A stretch of DNA of 64,000 nt, taken from a virus (taxonomy: Duplodnaviria; Heunggongvirae; Uroviricota; Caudoviricetes). Shown here one piece after another: positions 61,208-64,000 of the stretch (within the stretch, counting starts at the first letter, position 1; the number at the start of each line of letters is the position of its first letter). The notes under the pieces were generated by a model. It did not search any database. It worked only from the letters and a program-made list of their open reading frames with translations, and was not told the origin of the DNA. Made by a program: the position numbers and the translations under genes. The DNA lies in IMG/VR virus record IMGVR_UViG_3300013105_000002, positions 64,001 to 128,000 of that record, one strand, 5' to 3'.

Positions 61208-63304
61208 ATGTCCAACACTGCATTTATGTTCCGACGCACCCGCAAGGTTCTCGTCCCGATGCGCCGCGCGGCTGGAAAGAACGCTGCGCTCGTTGCGTCG
61301 TTCGATGCAAACCTGCGCCGTCTGGGATTTGCGCTGGACGCTGACGCCGTGAAGGCCCTTCTTGACGTGCCCGCATCTGACTTCGGCGGTATCGCCAATG
61401 ACGTGATTGCCGAGGCAAAGCGTATCAAGGGTGTCAAGCGTTATTCCCCTATGTATCCCAACTTCCCCAAGCAGGTTATGGAGGCGTCTGACGCTGAACT
61501 GTACCTGAACGCCATCATGCACTACTACGGTGACATGGTTGGTCTTCGCATCCTGCCTGTCTACGAGAAGGCAGAGCGTCCCGAACTGGACTTCGATGAG
61601 TCTCGATTCAAGAAGGTCGGTGTGGCGTACCAGCAGGACTTCTTTGCCACGATCATGTCTGTGGTAAACCAGAAGGCTGGCTACGGTGAGCAGGAGCGAG
61701 AGGATATCTCTGAGTTCTGGGAGCACCTGATGCAGCAGCCTCAGGGCGAGTTCAATTTCGGCAACCGTGAGAACAAGGCGTGGTTTGCTGCAAAGGCTTA
61801 CCGTTACCTGAAGTTCTTTCCAATGGGCGAGGTATTCAAGTTCGACACAGCCACCGACGTTCTGCGTTTCGCTGTTGCCCTGTGTGATGGCGATGTGTCC
61901 CTTGCTGAGAAGACTCGGTTCAAGTCCTTCGCTCGTTCTGAGCGTCGTCTCATCCTTGGTCTTTTCAACCAGATCAATGGTCTGGATGAGGATTTTGCTC
62001 GTCGTCCTGAGACGTTCAAGCGTCTTGGCGAGCGTCTGCACCCTCGTGAGTACAGCGCTCAGTTCCCCATTGCCGCATCTGCCTTTGCAACGGTTCGTGA
62101 CAACAAGCGCAAGCCTGTCACGTTCAACAGCGCTGTCGAGAATGCTCTTTCAAGTGGTGCCACGTCTGCTGCTGTTTCTCTACTGAAGACTCGCCCCGGT
62201 GAGTTTGCGCGTCGTCTCGATGAGGTACTACGCTCTGCCAACAACATTACGCAGGCCCGTGCATTTGTCAAGGCGTTCGATGCTGTCGCTGCTCAGGTGT
62301 CCGCACCTGTGCTTCTTCAGGCTCGTGCTGCCCTTCAGGCTGACCGTGGTGGAAACCGAATCTTCTTCCCGAAGGGCAACGTTTCCAAGTTCAAGGCGAT
62401 CCCTGACACTCGTGGTGACATTGACCTTTCTGTCCGCAATGCGGCGGTGGAGGCGTGCAACAAGGGTCTCGTGGCTCGCTTCAGCGAGAAGGGTTCTCTG
62501 GGCAAGGTGTATGTTGACTCCGCTCTGGACGGCGTAACCGTTCCGCTGACGATTCGTGATGCCTCAAAGGGTCGCGTTCTTGGTCGTGGTTCTCGTATGC
62601 CGTTCAACGAAAAGACCAATGTTCTTCGATTCTTCATCTGGTGGAAGGACATTGACATTGGTGGCCGGAACGGTCGTGTAGACATTGACCTTTCTGCTGT
62701 GCTGCTGGATGACAACTTCAACACGGTGGAGGCTGTGGCCTACTACAACCTCCGTGGTCTGGGTGCTACGCACTCTGGTGATATTACGTCTGCTCCGCAC
62801 GGAGCAAGCGAGTTCATCGACATTGATCCTGCAAAGGTTCTAGAGCGCGGTGCGCGTTATGTCGCCATGACCGTTCACTCCTTCAGCCGTCAGAATCTTT
62901 CGGATATTCCTGAGGTGTTTGCTGGTTACATGGAGCGAAACGACCACGATTCGGGAGAGGTCTACGATCCTCGTACGGTCGAAAACCGTGTTGACCTGAC
63001 GACTCCTACGACCAACTCCGTTCCTTATATCTTCGATATGAAGACGGGTGAGGCCATCTGGATCGACATGGCGCTGCGCCTCGGTGGCTATGGCTACGGT
63101 GGTAACAACGCTGCCAGCACGTCGCTGACCACAGAAAACCTTGTGAGTGCGGTCGTTCGCAAGAACTACCCATCGCTCGGTGATCTATTTAGACTGCACG
63201 CAAAGGCTCGCGGTACGCTGGTTGACAGCCCCGCCGAGGCTGATGTAGTCTTCAACCTAGACAACGCATTCCGCACTGAAGAGGTGCTTGACAAGTACCT
63301 CTGA
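61208..63304 (+). CDS. TROVE/Ro-like alpha-helical repeat + TerD-domain protein
   Basis: 698 aa. YSPMYPNFP.QV, TATDVLR.A, LL..RPGEFARRLD helical region; C-terminal RFFIWW..RVDIDLS...HSGDITSAP.GASEFIDID TerD fold. Matches the described RING-TROVE-like-TerD architecture without the RING. Confidence 0.8.
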   Translation: MSNTAFMFRRTRKVLVPMRRAAGKNAALVASFDANLRRLGFALDADAVKALLDVPASDFGGIANDVIAEAKRIKGVKRYSPMYPNFPKQVMEASDAELYLNAIMHYYGDMVGLRILPVYEKAERPELDFDESRFKKVGVAYQQDFFATIMSVVNQKAGYGEQEREDISEFWEHLMQQPQGEFNFGNRENKAWFAAKAYRYLKFFPMGEVFKFDTATDVLRFAVALCDGDVSLAEKTRFKSFARSERRLILGLFNQINGLDEDFARRPETFKRLGERLHPREYSAQFPIAASAFATVRDNKRKPVTFNSAVENALSSGATSAAVSLLKTRPGEFARRLDEVLRSANNITQARAFVKAFDAVAAQVSAPVLLQARAALQADRGGNRIFFPKGNVSKFKAIPDTRGDIDLSVRNAAVEACNKGLVARFSEKGSLGKVYVDSALDGVTVPLTIRDASKGRVLGRGSRMPFNEKTNVLRFFIWWKDIDIGGRNGRVDIDLSAVLLDDNFNTVEAVAYYNLRGLGATHSGDITSAPHGASEFIDIDPAKVLERGARYVAMTVHSFSRQNLSDIPEVFAGYMERNDHDSGEVYDPRTVENRVDLTTPTTNSVPYIFDMKTGEAIWIDMALRLGGYGYGGNNAASTSLTTENLVSAVVRKNYPSLGDLFRLHAKARGTLVDSPAEADVVFNLDNAFRTEEVLDKYL

Positions 63305-63317
63305 GCGGGTGTAGAAT
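63288..63317 (+). promoter_or_regulatory. Sigma70-type promoter inside the 3' end of the TerD gene
   Basis: TTGACA-N18-TAGAAT; predicted start falls at the first Y-like repeat. Confidence 0.75.
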
Positions 63318-63321
63318 AAAC

Positions 63322-63396
63322 TTGCAGGCTACGGGCAGTGCTTCCTTCTAAACACTTCAATTGGATGAAATCACTAGCGCTCTCACTCTCCTGCAA
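63322..63396 (+). ncRNA. Y-RNA-like repeat 1
   Basis: TTGCAGG/CCTGCAA stem, CTAC/ACTCT internal loop, AGTGCT/AGCGCT stem, loop TCCTTCTAA...AAATC. Confidence 0.65.
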
Positions 63397-63404
63397 AAAC
63401 AAAC

Positions 63405-63472
63405 GGTGGCTAAGGAATGGGCTTCCTTCTAATTGCTTACATCAATCAAATCTAGCCTTTCTACTCTCCACC
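63405..63472 (+). ncRNA. Y-RNA-like repeat 2
   Basis: GGTGG/CCACC stem, CTAA/ACTCT internal loop, GGGCT/AGCCT stem, same TCCTTCTAA...AAATC loop. Confidence 0.65.
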
Positions 63473-63514
63473 ACAAACTCAACATCTGGCAAGGTGCAAA
63501 GATACACTTACCCG

Positions 63515-63588
63515 GCCCGTAAGGGAGATAAGTTCTGGGTCGCAGTCCCAGCGCCAGAAGTGAGTGGTTCGAATCCACCATCACGGGC
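63515..63588 (+). ncRNA. tRNA-like element without D arm
   Basis: GCCCGT/ACGGGC, CTGGG-TCGCAGT-CCCAG, GTGG-TTCGAAT-CCAC. Confidence 0.5.
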
Positions 63589-63607
63589 TTGACACAAGGA
63601 GTACAGT

Positions 63608-63730
63608 ATGGAAGAGTTACCTCCGTTAGACGAGGACTGGCAAGAAGAAATAACATTAGAACAGTCTATTGAGGACAAGGCAATTATGGATGGAATCCTT
63701 CGTCCAAATTGGAGAGACTATACGTCTTGA
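63608..63730 (+). CDS. Small acidic hypothetical protein (absent from ORF track)
   Basis: 40 aa, AAGGAG RBS. Confidence 0.45.
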   Translation: MEELPPLDEDWQEEITLEQSIEDKAIMDGILRPNWRDYTS

Positions 63731-63755
63731 CACCGGCCCTCTAGGGTGATAATCT
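63727..63755 (+). promoter_or_regulatory. tmRNA promoter
   Basis: TTGACA-N17-TAATCT; CCCTCTAG/CTAGGGG straddles the -10. Confidence 0.7.
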
Positions 63756-63765
63756 AGGGGTACAA

Positions 63766-64000
63766 GGGGCCGACAGGTTTCGACAGACATAACTAAACAT
63801 GGTTCTCAGTCATGATTGGACAGATCATTAAAAGGTCCAAAACAACAAATGCAATGGACAACATTGTTTCCGCATCGATGGAAAACATCGATGCCGAGTA
63901 CGAGGCGCTTGTCGCTGAGTTCTCGCTTGTCACTGTCTGAAAGATAAACAAGGATGGGGCACGATACCGCCTTATTAACCAAGAGTATCAAAACACAGTT
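63766..64000 (+). ncRNA. ssrA: tmRNA (3' end beyond the window)
   Basis: 5' GGGGCCGACAGGTTTCGAC signature; tag frame from AAAT-GCA at 63851 to TGA at 63940. Confidence 0.9.

Noticed and set aside
63589-63607. Promoter at TTGACA 63589
   Set aside because: No TAnnnT hexamer lies at 16-18 nt spacing.
416-63991. Minus-strand and nested ORFs in the ORF track (e.g. 13678-14241, 37105-37716, 57603-58538, 61175-62041)
   Set aside because: They shadow convincing + strand genes, have no recognisable motifs and would break the uniform + strand organisation.
1-64000. Integrase/att site, reverse transcriptase (retron or DGR), capsid/portal genes, endolysin
   Set aside because: No such motifs were found in this window; they may lie outside it.

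Overview
This window is a segment of a large tailed-phage genome, and every credible gene is on the + strand. Gene content and order resemble the tRNA-rich actinobacterial siphoviruses of the Streptomyces BE/BK type; host and cluster are inferred, not shown. Layout: 1-12.2 kb tail module (tape-measure C-terminus with an M23 domain, Dit-like gene, minor tail genes, 2263-aa FN3/carbohydrate-binding fibre); 12.2-16 kb small genes, a metallophosphoesterase and a holin-like gene; 16-33.6 kb replication, recombination and nucleotide metabolism (DnaB, primase, SSB, DnaE, MazG, RecA, Hjc-like, Cas4-like, RuvC, glycosyltransferase, methyltransferase, dNMP kinase, 2H phosphoesterase, HAD); 33.8-37 kb terminase; 38-64 kb a large translation- and NAD-rescue region. 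That last region holds about 20 canonical tRNAs, several non-canonical tRNA-like genes, two RNA ligases, Pnkp, a pol-beta nucleotidyltransferase, Pth2, a four-gene NAD+ cluster and a truncated tmRNA. The most unusual signals are: (1) a TROVE/Ro-like-TerD gene followed by its own promoter and two tandem Y-RNA-like repeats; (2) an ORF-free, densely structured ~690-nt RNA with a tRNA-like 3' end; (3) two tRNA-Arg genes whose D arm is missing and whose D-loop motif (AACGGA) reappears in the variable region; (4) a circularly permuted, YrlA-like tRNA mimic; (5) a Prs/Nampt pair (NARP1-like) coupled to PnuC and NadR. All RNA folds were derived by eye and no database searches were run.
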